NCBI GenBank assembly: GCA_041740355.1
Contig: JBGSMD010000005.1
Coordinates: 1-64,000 of the forward strand
Origin: Bdellovibrionota bacterium
Lineage (GTDB): Bacteria; Bdellovibrionota_C; UBA2361; CALJRW01
Direction: 5' to 3'
DNA length: 64,000 bases
Part shown: positions 1 to 9,191 of the stretch, in pieces
Position numbering within the stretch: position 1 is the first letter of the stretch
How the letters are laid out: every line of letters starts with the position of its first letter
Notes under the pieces: generated by a model
Told to the model about the DNA's origin: nothing
What the model saw: only the letters and a program-made list of their open reading frames with translations
Database searches by the model: none
Program-made: the position numbers and the translations under genes

Positions 1-140
1 GTCCAAAAAATAAATTACGTAAGTAAATTACTTTTTGGAGCTATCTATCCCCCGGAGGGATAATAAAATTATATAGTTATGACAAAAAACAAGTAACTTT
101 ATTTTAACTATACGTAATTTATTTTTTGTCATAACTATAT
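1..140 (+). repeat. Palindromic repeat family A, copy 1 (two hairpins joined by CCCCCGGAGGGATAATAAAA); truncated by window edge
   Basis: Reverse complement aligns along its length to 42031-42171; direct copy at 61783-61921; internal IR ATAGTTATGACAAAAA...TTTTTGTCATAACTAT. Confidence 0.9.
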
Positions 141-159
141 ACAAAAGTGTATTGGGAAT

Positions 160-522
160 TATAGTTATGAACCTGAATTCGACCTAAGGATTCTACTACG
201 ATAAGCAAATTGGCTGAATTTGCCTGAAAAAAGCAAAATAATTGATGCTCGCTGTAATACTATTACAGCTGCGCTTCAATTTTTTGTTTTTTCTAGTCAA
301 ATTACAATGATTAAAAATAAATTTTCAATCATTTCAACCACTTTGCATATCTCGTTACGAATCTTATGTCGAACTCAGGTTATGACAAAAACTAATTTCC
401 GAATATTCAAAAATTAGTTTTGTGATTTTTGTCATAACCGTATCATTTTATAACGCTTGCGGGGGATAGAAAGCCCCAGAAAGTAGCTTCCTTAGGTCAA
501 ATACTTTTTGGGGCTTTCTATC
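160..522 (-). repeat. Family A copy 2 (inverted relative to copy 1), interrupted by MITE H
   Basis: ATAGTTATGA at 161-170 continues as TATGACAAAAACTAATTTCC...TTTTTGTCATAAC...GGGGGATAGAAAGCCCCAGAAAGTA...TACTTTTTGGGGCTTTCTATC at 381-522. Confidence 0.85.
171..380. mobile_element. MITE-like element H, 210 bp, with terminal inverted repeats and target-site duplication
   Basis: Left end ACCTGAATTCGACCTAAGGATTC vs right end GAATCTTATGTCGAACTCAGGT; TATGA duplicated at 166-170 and 381-385; internal hairpins such as GCTGTAATA-C-TATTACAGC. Confidence 0.85.
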
Positions 523-606
523 TTTAATTTTATTAAAATTTCGGAAACACAATAAATATTAGTTTCCTCACAGTGTTTAGCGAACACTTCAGATGCTTTA
601 ATCAGG

Positions 607-2610
607 TTAGCGATTAATTTTTTTCCAGATATCTAAGACCTCTGCTACGGACCAAGCTTGAGCCGGACAGCCGCGAGCTTTGTGAGGAAAATCTCCATCA
701 AAAATTTCGGAAAGACTACCAACTCCGACAGTCTCTAAACTACCTGAAAACTCTTCTATAATGGAACGAACTTCAGTCTTGCTTGCTTCACCATAAGTCT
801 TAAGGATCGCACGACAGTATGAACCAATAAGCCAAGCCCAGACAGTTCCCTGATGATAACTAGCATCGCGACCAACTACATCACCAAAATATGCACCACG
901 GTAATTTATATCTTCTGGAGCTAAGGTGCGCAGTCCGTAAGGGGTTAAGAGCTTGTTTTTTACAATCGTCAGAATTTTTTTTGATTGTTCAGAATTTATT
1001 GCCGAAAAATCAAGACTAATTGCTATCACCTGATTAGGACGAACACTGGCGTCTTTAAAATCTCCTCGCACTACATCAAATAAATATTTACCCTGATCGT
1101 ACCAGAAAGTGGAGGCAAAGTTTTTCAGAAACAACTCAGATTGCTGTTGATATTTTTTTGCTAGTTTCGAATCCCCAAAGTTCTGTTCAAATAGTTCAGC
1201 TATTTTTAGGGCATTGAACCATAGAGCATTAATTTCGACCGCCTTACCATTTCGTGGTGTAACTACCCATTCGCCAACTTTGGCATCCATCCAAGTTAGT
1301 TGAGTACTAGGATTTCCAGAGTTAACTAAACCATCACTATCCAACTTGATATCATTAATAGTACCAAGGGTGAAGGCTTCCAGAATTTGGCGAATCACTG
1401 GCAATGTTTCTTGTTTAGTCCATTTTTTATCTTTGGTAGCTTTGTAATATTGATAGACAGCATTAATATACCAAAGAGAAGCATCAACCGAATTATATTC
1501 AACCTCTTGGTTTTCTTTAATTCTATTGGGAATTAATCCATACTTTAATTTACCAGCAAAAAAATTTAGGACAAGTTTAGCCTCGTTGAATTTTCCTGTG
1601 GCAAGACAAATACCTGGTAGGGAAATCATGGCGTCTCTTCCCCAATCGGTAAACCAGGGGTAGCCAGCGATCATTGTCTGATGAGAAAGTTTTGATTCGG
1701 AACGAGGATGAACTAAAAATTGATCGGCTGCTAATACTAGTTTGGCACCAAGTGAATCTGATACTTTAGATTTTTGAATAAGACTTTTTCGGCGATCTTT
1801 TTCTTCTTGTATCAGAACGGCAGTATTAGTCTCTAATTTATTAGTTGTATCGGAGTATATAATTGATGCTGTGTCGTCTTGAAATTCGATATTCCAATAA
1901 CCGAAGGAAAAAAGATCTTCTAAGAAATCATAACCACGATTGTCTTCATGATAATATTTAAGATTTTCTATCCAACGAGGGTGGTACTGATATTGTCCAG
2001 CTGAGACCTTCGTTATGATTTCCGAAAAATTTGCCTTCGGCCTAACCTTTATTGTTTGACTCTCAAGTTGATAATCAAAATTTACCTGATCATTCTTACG
2101 CTCCAATTTATGATAGGAACGAACTGCCATTAGTGGCTCAATCTGAAGTTTAATTATATCTTTTGAGTTAGTACTGATTAATTGATAGGCGATTAATGTT
2201 GTATTCTGATCCTGAATCATCAAAACGGTTTTACTAAGTTTTATTTGATGATGGTCATTATTAATTTCATAAATAAAAGTCGAGCAGGGGCTCTTTTGGT
2301 ATTCTTTCAGGTACTGAAAGCCATGGGGTGCAACTGTATCATTAAAGTTAAGTGTTGAAAGATTGTAGCTAGAATTACCAACAAAAAGAATTTCTAGTTG
2401 ATTGGCAACTAAGACTGTGCGATCTTCTATGGCATTACCAGCAGCAACAAGCAGTCCATGATAACGTCTGGTGCTAGTTCCCAGAACTGTCGAGCCAGCC
2501 CAACCACCAATACCATTTGTTTCCAGCCATTCTAGTTGAATACTTTTTTGGTAATCTTTTAGATTGGAAATTTTGTAATTTACTTCAGGTAATTTTTTCT
2601 TGAAAAACAC
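607..2610 (-). CDS. Glycogen debranching enzyme-like amylo-alpha-1,6-glucosidase (GDE_N + GDE_C)
   Basis: EWLETNGIGG, RRYHGLLVA, AGYPWFTDWGRD, TWMDAK, YHQGTVWAW, QAWSVAE motifs. GTG at 2610, 5 bp after the upstream stop, is preferred over the track start at 2661. Confidence 0.9.
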   Translation of the reverse strand: MFFKKKLPEVNYKISNLKDYQKSIQLEWLETNGIGGWAGSTVLGTSTRRYHGLLVAAGNAIEDRTVLVANQLEILFVGNSSYNLSTLNFNDTVAPHGFQYLKEYQKSPCSTFIYEINNDHHQIKLSKTVLMIQDQNTTLIAYQLISTNSKDIIKLQIEPLMAVRSYHKLERKNDQVNFDYQLESQTIKVRPKANFSEIITKVSAGQYQYHPRWIENLKYYHEDNRGYDFLEDLFSFGYWNIEFQDDTASIIYSDTTNKLETNTAVLIQEEKDRRKSLIQKSKVSDSLGAKLVLAADQFLVHPRSESKLSHQTMIAGYPWFTDWGRDAMISLPGICLATGKFNEAKLVLNFFAGKLKYGLIPNRIKENQEVEYNSVDASLWYINAVYQYYKATKDKKWTKQETLPVIRQILEAFTLGTINDIKLDSDGLVNSGNPSTQLTWMDAKVGEWVVTPRNGKAVEINALWFNALKIAELFEQNFGDSKLAKKYQQQSELFLKNFASTFWYDQGKYLFDVVRGDFKDASVRPNQVIAISLDFSAINSEQSKKILTIVKNKLLTPYGLRTLAPEDINYRGAYFGDVVGRDASYHQGTVWAWLIGSYCRAILKTYGEASKTEVRSIIEEFSGSLETVGVGSLSEIFDGDFPHKARGCPAQAWSVAEVLDIWKKINR

Positions 2611-2615
2611 TTTCT

Positions 2616-5246
2616 TTATTTTATAGGGTTTTGAATTAAATCTGCGATTAGACTTGTCCATCCAGTTTGATGGCTAGCACCTAATCCTTTGCCACATTCT
2701 CCATGAAAATATTCAAAGAACAAGAGCTGATCATTAAAATCAGGATTATTTTGAATTTTCTCATGTAAGTTATAAATCGGACGATGATTATTTTGATCAT
2801 TTTTAAAAAGTTTAATCAGTCGCTCGCTCAGGAACTGGGCAATTTCTTTCAGGGTCATGAATTGTCCTGATCCAGTTGGGCATTCAATTAGAAAATCATC
2901 CGAATAATATGAATGGAATCGTTGGAGCGATTCAATAATTAAATAGTTCATTGGAAGCCAGATTGGCCCACGCCAGTTAGAGTTTCCACCAAACATTTGA
3001 TTTTCAGATTCACCAGGTTGGTAGTTTAAGTTAAACTCCTGTCCAGCTATATTCATCTTGAAAGGATTTGCTTCGTGAAACTTGGACATTGCCCTAATGC
3101 CATATTCCGATAAAAATTCCTTTGGATCCAACATGCGACTTAAAAGTTTTTTCATTCGATGACCACGCAGTAGCGATAATAATTTACTGGAACCTCGACC
3201 AGGTTCATTCCAGCGAGAAACAAGATTTGCTAGTTCTGGTCGATTTTCAAAAAACCAGTTCATCTCCAGGCGAAATTTAGGTACTAAATCTAATAATTCT
3301 TGATCTAAGACCTCCACTGCAAATAGTGGAATCAGTCCGACAATCGAGCGAACTTTCAGGGGTTTAATTTCACCATTTGGAAGGTTTAGGGCGTCATAAT
3401 AGAATTTATCTTCTTCATCCCAAAGGCCAATTTTTTTACCAGCCATATTGGTCATTGCTTCCGAAATTAATAAGAAATGATGAAAGAATTTTCCGGCGAC
3501 CTCTTCGTAGTTATTGTTATGGCTTGCTAACTCTATGGCAATCCTCATCATGTTTAAGGAATACATCGCCATCCAGCTAGTAGCATCTGCTTGACTTAAA
3601 GTTCCACCGGCGGGAAGAGGGGCACTGCGATCAAACACAGCGATATTATCTAATCCTAAGAATCCACCATCAAAAAGGTTATGCCCAGCCGAATCTCGGC
3701 GGTTAACCCACCACATAAAATTAATAACTAAACGATGAAATATTTTTTCTAAGAAATTTAAGTCACCTTTTTTAAGATGATTCAAACGCTGATCGTTCTG
3801 ATAAATTTTCCAGGCAGCCCAAGCATGGACTGGTGGATTGACATCATTAAAACTCCACTCATAGGCCGGAAGTTGACCATTAGGATGCATATAGAAATCA
3901 TTGGTGATTAATAACATCTGCTTTTTAGCAAAGTCCGGATCAACTAAACTAAGGGGAACGGCATGAAAGGCTAAGTCCCAAGCGGCATACCAGGGATACT
4001 CCCATTTATCAGGCATGGAAATAATATCTTCGTTTACTAGGTGCTGCCACTCGTGATTTCGCCGATTAATTCTTGCTGGACTTGCTGTCGGGCCGGTGAC
4101 GTCACCATCAAGCCATTCTTTAACATCATAATAGTAAAATTGTTTGTTCCAAAGTAGTCCGGCTAAAGCTTCTCGGTGAATACGTTTATTTTCCTCATCC
4201 GCCATCTTGGTCTGTAATGAGTCATAAAACTTTTGGTTTTCCTCCCGGCGTTCCTCAAAATGTTTGGAAAAATCATCAAAAGAAATATTTTCTGATTCTT
4301 TTGTTAAAATTAGCCGAAAAGTTTTAATTGCTTTTCCGCTTACTTCAGAATGAAAGCGAAAGGCTGCTTTTGTTCCAGTGCCAGAATTGATCAAGCAACT
4401 GGCAGCTTTATTTACAACATAATCATTGATTCCATCTTTAAAGTAAGCAACGTTAGCAGCAGCCTCAGGAACTTTTTTAGGATTTGATTCGTTATTACAG
4501 ATTAATACTTCTTGCGGATTTTCAGCCTTGAGAAAATAGACGCCTAGCTCTGGATGCTCAATTTTAAGACAGTCCTTGGAAATGACGGAAATCTGGGGTA
4601 ATAGTTCTGGAAAACTCCAAGACCAAGTATTACGAAACCAGGCTTGAGGTAAAATATCTAAGATAGCTTTCTCCGTAGAGAAATTCTCAGCTGAGAGCTG
4701 AATTAGGGTCGTGTATGGAGAGACTTTGGCATATTCCAGAGTTAGATTGAAATATTTCCCTAGGTCAAAGATTCCAGTATCAATTAGTTCATATTCCGGA
4801 TCTTTCTTTCCTAGTTGTCTAGTTTTAGAAGTAATTTCTTCATATGGGAAGGCCTGTTGGGGATATTTATAAAGCATCTTTTGATAAGAATGCACAGGAT
4901 TATTATCAAGATAATAGTAGTATTCCTTAACATCTTCACCATGATTTCCTTGATTCCCAGTTAAGCCAAATAGGCGTTCTTTTATAATGGGATCTTTCTG
5001 ATTCCAGAAAGCAAAACTTAAACACAGTAATTGCTGCTGATCACTGATTCCACCTATACCATCTTCCCCCCAACGATAAGCATAGCTCCTAGCAAGATCG
5101 TGTGAGATATGCTCCCAAGCGGAGCCATCAGTGCTGTAGTCTTCGCGAACAGTGCCCCATTGGCGATCTGATAAATAAGGGCCCCAATTTTTCCAGCTTG
5201 CGTATTCGCCATCTGATTTCATTAAGGGGTTTCGGATAAAACTCAT
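2616..5246 (-). CDS. Glycoside hydrolase family 63 (MGH1-like glucosidase)
   Basis: WGPYLSDRQWGTVREDYS, MPDKWEYPWYAAWDLAFH, GGNSNWRGPIW, GASHQTGWT motifs. Confidence 0.9.
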   Translation of the reverse strand: MSFIRNPLMKSDGEYASWKNWGPYLSDRQWGTVREDYSTDGSAWEHISHDLARSYAYRWGEDGIGGISDQQQLLCLSFAFWNQKDPIIKERLFGLTGNQGNHGEDVKEYYYYLDNNPVHSYQKMLYKYPQQAFPYEEITSKTRQLGKKDPEYELIDTGIFDLGKYFNLTLEYAKVSPYTTLIQLSAENFSTEKAILDILPQAWFRNTWSWSFPELLPQISVISKDCLKIEHPELGVYFLKAENPQEVLICNNESNPKKVPEAAANVAYFKDGINDYVVNKAASCLINSGTGTKAAFRFHSEVSGKAIKTFRLILTKESENISFDDFSKHFEERREENQKFYDSLQTKMADEENKRIHREALAGLLWNKQFYYYDVKEWLDGDVTGPTASPARINRRNHEWQHLVNEDIISMPDKWEYPWYAAWDLAFHAVPLSLVDPDFAKKQMLLITNDFYMHPNGQLPAYEWSFNDVNPPVHAWAAWKIYQNDQRLNHLKKGDLNFLEKIFHRLVINFMWWVNRRDSAGHNLFDGGFLGLDNIAVFDRSAPLPAGGTLSQADATSWMAMYSLNMMRIAIELASHNNNYEEVAGKFFHHFLLISEAMTNMAGKKIGLWDEEDKFYYDALNLPNGEIKPLKVRSIVGLIPLFAVEVLDQELLDLVPKFRLEMNWFFENRPELANLVSRWNEPGRGSSKLLSLLRGHRMKKLLSRMLDPKEFLSEYGIRAMSKFHEANPFKMNIAGQEFNLNYQPGESENQMFGGNSNWRGPIWLPMNYLIIESLQRFHSYYSDDFLIECPTGSGQFMTLKEIAQFLSERLIKLFKNDQNNHRPIYNLHEKIQNNPDFNDQLLFFEYFHGECGKGLGASHQTGWTSLIADLIQNPIK

Positions 5247-5771
5247 GATACTTTTTGCATAAATCGAATCTCAATCATTTTTAAAAAAAGACTGACGATG
5301 GCTGAGCATAATAATGTCTTGGGCATTTTTTGCTTTAAATACAATAAAACTAGACTTGTCATAAAAAAAATGGCAAGCGATAGGTTTAACTAATTGACTA
5401 TTTTTAACTCATACCATACATTTACAACAGTTCTTACTTTAAAAAACTTAAGAATATTTTCTAGTTTAATTCATTAGAAAAGCTAGCTAACTTTCTCTTG
5501 TAAAATAGATTTACTAGCCAAGTTAACATTTCTAGTTCGGTACTAACATAGACGCAACTACTCAGTAATCTCTACTATTTGTTTTCGGAGATTTCTTAGT
5601 ATCAGTACAGTTTTTTGACTGATGCCCACGCAGTTATTAGAAAGTCGTCGTCGCATTTCAAGTCTGTTTCAAAATGCCAGTATGTTTATTTTCTAAATGC
5701 TTGTTGTGGATACAATAAAAACATAGCGAATTAGATTTTCTAATTCTTCAATCTTAATTTCAAGTATTATC

Positions 5772-7055
5772 ATGAAAGTATTAATGTTAGGTTGGGAGTA
5801 TCCACCCCAGATCGCGGGAGGTCTAGGAATGGCATGCGAAGGATTAACTAGAGCATTAGCTGGAAAGGATCTGGATATTACGTTTGTGGTTCCACAACTC
5901 TATGGCCAGGAGCAGGCTACCCACATGAATCTTGTAGATAGCTACACGCTACCTGCTTCTCAAGAAAGAATAGTTGGACAAAAATTAGAACGAGTGTATG
6001 TCCCTGCAAACCTAAAGCCTTACTGGAGTAATCATGATTATTTAACTAGCTTATCTGCATTCGATTCAATTCAGGAATACAATCTTAGTATCCCAGTTGC
6101 ACCAGCAGCATTAAATCGTCCTCCAGGAAAAGTTCATTATGGATGGAATTTAATGGAAGAAGTTCGTTTTTATGCTGACCGCGTAATACATGCTTTTGCA
6201 GAAAAGGAATTTGATATAATTCACGCCCATGATTGGATGACTTTTCCCGCAGCAGTTGCTTTAGCAAAGTTAACTGGCCGACCATTAATTGTTCACGTTC
6301 ACAGCTTAGAATCTGACCGTAGTGGCTTTGGTAGTAATCAAGAAATCGAAGCGGTGGAAAGATTAGGATTTAATTGGGCCAGTAAAATTATTGCCGTTAG
6401 TCATTATACAAAAAATAAAATTAAGAAATTTTTTGGAATTCAAGATGATAAGATTGGCGTTGTTCATAATGGTATTTATGGTCGCAGAACCAAAGAACAC
6501 TATATTAGTCAAAAAACCAATGATCAAAAAATTGTTTTATTTTTAGGCCGTGTAACTTATCAAAAGGGACCTGAATATTTTGTCCGTGCTGCTCAAAAAG
6601 TTATTACCGAATATCATAATGTTCGCTTTGTTTTAGCAGGAAGTGGAGATCAGTTAGATTCTGTAAAACAACTTGCAAATGATTTAGGAGTTAAAGATTA
6701 TTTCAATTTCCCAGGATTTATTCGAGGTGAACAAATTGAAGCAAATTATAATAATGCAGATTTGTATGTGATGCCATCTGTCTCCGAACCTTTTGGATTA
6801 ACGGCACTGGAAGCTGCTAATTTTTCCACTCCAATTTTAATCTCAAAGCAATCAGGTGTCTCAGAGGTAATTAATAATTCTTTGAAGTTTGATTACTGGG
6901 ACATTGATCGCCTAGCTGATTTAATTGTTAATGCTCTCAAACATGATGAACTTAGACAAGAACTAGTAACTATGGCAGGGCAAGAATTAAAATCAGTCCG
7001 TTGGGATGTGGCTGCTAAGAAAACTAGAGAGATTTATCAAGAGTTAGGAAAATAA
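5772..7055 (+). CDS. Glycosyltransferase family 4 (glycogen-synthase-like, GT-B)
   Basis: MLGWEYPP..GGLG, HAHDW, PSVSEPFGLTALEA. Confidence 0.9.
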   Translation: MKVLMLGWEYPPQIAGGLGMACEGLTRALAGKDLDITFVVPQLYGQEQATHMNLVDSYTLPASQERIVGQKLERVYVPANLKPYWSNHDYLTSLSAFDSIQEYNLSIPVAPAALNRPPGKVHYGWNLMEEVRFYADRVIHAFAEKEFDIIHAHDWMTFPAAVALAKLTGRPLIVHVHSLESDRSGFGSNQEIEAVERLGFNWASKIIAVSHYTKNKIKKFFGIQDDKIGVVHNGIYGRRTKEHYISQKTNDQKIVLFLGRVTYQKGPEYFVRAAQKVITEYHNVRFVLAGSGDQLDSVKQLANDLGVKDYFNFPGFIRGEQIEANYNNADLYVMPSVSEPFGLTALEAANFSTPILISKQSGVSEVINNSLKFDYWDIDRLADLIVNALKHDELRQELVTMAGQELKSVRWDVAAKKTREIYQELGK

Positions 7056-7058
7056 AAG

Positions 7059-8258
7059 ATGTCATCAGTTTGTTTTTACTTTCAAGTTCACCAACCATTT
7101 CGATTAAAAAAATTTTCAGTCTTTAATCAACAAAATGATTTAGATTATTTTTCACCCGAAAATGAGGTGATTCTAAAAAAAGTTGCGGAGAAATGTTATC
7201 TTCCGACAAATCAGGTTCTTTATGATTTAATACAAAAGTATCCTGATAAATTTAGAGTCAGCTTTTCATTAAGTGGTGTGGCTTTAGAACAATTTGAAAA
7301 GTATTCCCCACAAACATTAGATAGTTTTAAACGTTTAGTTGCTACAGGAAATGTAGAGATTTTAGGGGAAACATATTACCACTCACTAGCAGCGGTTTAC
7401 GATAAGGATGAATTCTATGCACAAGTTAAAAAGCATAGTGATTGTGTAAAAAAACACTTCGGAGTTACACCACAAGTCTTTCGTAATACTGAGCTCATTT
7501 ATCAAGATTACATTGGTCAAATGGTTAGTGACTTGGGTTTTAAGGCAATTGTCGCAGAAGGTGCTGATGATATTTTGGATTGGAGAAGCCCTAATTTCAT
7601 TTATCAAGTTCCTGGGCGAGACTGTTCCTTGATGTTAAAAAATTATCGATTATCTGATGATATTGCTTTTCGTTTTTCTAACCAAGGTTGGAAAGAGTTT
7701 CCCCTTACAGCTGAGAAATTTGCTTCATGGGTACATCAAATTAGCGGTGGTGGAGATGTTCTTAATCTGTTTATGGACTATGAGACTTTCGGTGAGCACC
7801 AATGGTCGAACACCGGTATTTTTGATTTCTTATGGCATTTGCCTGAGTTTGTCCTTCGTCATCCTGATTGGGAGTTTGCCACACTTTCTGAGGCAATTGC
7901 CAAATATCCCCGAGTTTCAGAAATGCACTTTAATCGTTTAACTTCTTGGGCCGATTTAGAGCGTGATTTAACAGCTTGGAATGGTAATCAAATTCAACAG
8001 AAAAGTATTCGGCAAATTTATGAAATTAAGGATTTAGTTTTAAAATCAGAAAGTAATAGTTTGATTGATACTTGGAGAAAAATTCAAACTTCCGATCACT
8101 ACTATTACATGTGCACCAAGTGGTTTGCCGATGGGGACGTACACGCTTATTTTAGTCCTTACGAAAGTCCTTATGATGCTTTTATTAATTTTCAGAATGT
8201 ACTGGCCAACTTTAGCCAAGTTTTAGCTAAACAACTTAAAGAGGAATATCGGATTTAA
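7059..8258 (+). CDS. Glycoside hydrolase family 57 (alpha-amylase-type)
   Basis: FQVHQP, ETYYHSL, FRNTE, MDYETFGEH, QTSDH motifs. Confidence 0.92.
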   Translation: MSSVCFYFQVHQPFRLKKFSVFNQQNDLDYFSPENEVILKKVAEKCYLPTNQVLYDLIQKYPDKFRVSFSLSGVALEQFEKYSPQTLDSFKRLVATGNVEILGETYYHSLAAVYDKDEFYAQVKKHSDCVKKHFGVTPQVFRNTELIYQDYIGQMVSDLGFKAIVAEGADDILDWRSPNFIYQVPGRDCSLMLKNYRLSDDIAFRFSNQGWKEFPLTAEKFASWVHQISGGGDVLNLFMDYETFGEHQWSNTGIFDFLWHLPEFVLRHPDWEFATLSEAIAKYPRVSEMHFNRLTSWADLERDLTAWNGNQIQQKSIRQIYEIKDLVLKSESNSLIDTWRKIQTSDHYYYMCTKWFADGDVHAYFSPYESPYDAFINFQNVLANFSQVLAKQLKEEYRI

Positions 8259-8349
8259 TAGGAGAGCCAGCTTCCTTTACGCCTTCAGGATTGTTCTTTG
8301 ACCTGATAGTGTCGCTCCGCTTGGCTTTAATTTTTTTGTTGAAATAATA

Positions 8350-8574
8350 CTAGTGAATATGTTCAGAGTATTTTCCAACCTCCACAGTTTTTTCCATTTC
8401 TTCAACAAGAGCATAGATTTTTTCTCTAATTTCATCAGCGAGAACAGCCATGAGTGTTCCAGTTTGGGAAATAGCATTATCTGTGTGTACGGTTTCTTTT
8501 GCTACCCATTCAGCAGAATTCATTAAGTGATCAATCTTACTGGAGATCTCTTGTAGTTTGTTAACCGATTTCAT
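8350..8574 (-). CDS. Small hypothetical helical protein (74 aa)
   Basis: ATG preceded by AAGGAG Shine-Dalgarno (GGAAAAGGAGTTTACT-ATG); protein-like amphipathic composition. Confidence 0.7.
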   Translation of the reverse strand: MKSVNKLQEISSKIDHLMNSAEWVAKETVHTDNAISQTGTLMAVLADEIREKIYALVEEMEKTVEVGKYSEHIH

Positions 8575-8965
8575 AGTAAACTCCTTTTCCTGTTATTATT
8601 TAAAACCTTTGTCGCTTAAACCAAAACTTAAAATTCACGTATAAAACTAAGGTTATAACTTTAAGATGCAGATTGCCGCGGATTCTGCGCATCACAAAAA
8701 TCAAAAATTTAATGTTGACATATTTACAGCACCCATTAAAAGTCTGCTAATAAATGGAACTAGTTGATTTTTAAAGGAATATTAAGAAATTAAAGCCACC
8801 AAATCTGAGCTAATATTTAAAACTTATGAGTATCTTAAGCTAATAATTTTACATTATTTTACAGTTTATTAGTCAGAGTCTGTATTTCTAAAGTTAAAAT
8901 ATATAATTTACAATTGCATCTTCCAGTGTTAAAAACTTAGGAAACATTCAATAATTAACAATCAA

Positions 8966-9019
8966 GTGAAAACATCCCAATATTCTTTCTCAGAACACTC
9001 AGCACGTTGGTGGCTTTAA
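8966..9019 (+). CDS. trpL: trp operon leader peptide MKTSQYSFSEHSARWWL
   Basis: GTG start, tandem TGG TGG at 9008-9013, TAA at 9017-9019, 172 bp upstream of trpE. Confidence 0.8.
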   Translation: MKTSQYSFSEHSARWWL

Positions 9020-9025
9020 GCCATA

Positions 9026-9094
9026 TAATGAGTCTAAATATAATTCATGTTAAAAAAAAACGCTTTTGCCAAGACTCATTAAGATGTCTTTTTT
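9026..9094 (+). promoter_or_regulatory. Putative trp attenuator (antiterminator/terminator alternatives)
   Basis: TAATGAGTCT (9026-9035) pairs perfectly with AGACTCATTA (9072-9081); alternative weak stem AAGAC...GTCTT (9071-9090) runs into a T tract. Confidence 0.6.
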
Positions 9095-9130
9095 AACAAC
9101 GCAAACTTGGATAAATCCAAGAGTTGCATT
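9050..9130 (+). repeat. Palindromic repeat family F, copy 1 (empty loop CTTGGA-TAAA-TCCAAG)
   Basis: TTTTGCCAAGACTCATTA...GCAAACTTGGATAAATCCAAGAGTTGCATT aligns by eye to 42202-42316. Confidence 0.6.
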
Positions 9131-9191
9131 TTCAGTACAATACCCACTTAATTTCATAATCTAGTTTTATACCAATATTTATTGATTTTAT

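Noticed and set aside
220-417. 65-aa ORF
   Set aside because: Lies across MITE H and repeat A, has a TTG start and no protein features
8263-8330. Stem-loop as a riboswitch or tRNA
   Set aside because: It lies between convergent gene ends and shows no recognisable aptamer or cloverleaf; more likely a terminator or repeat
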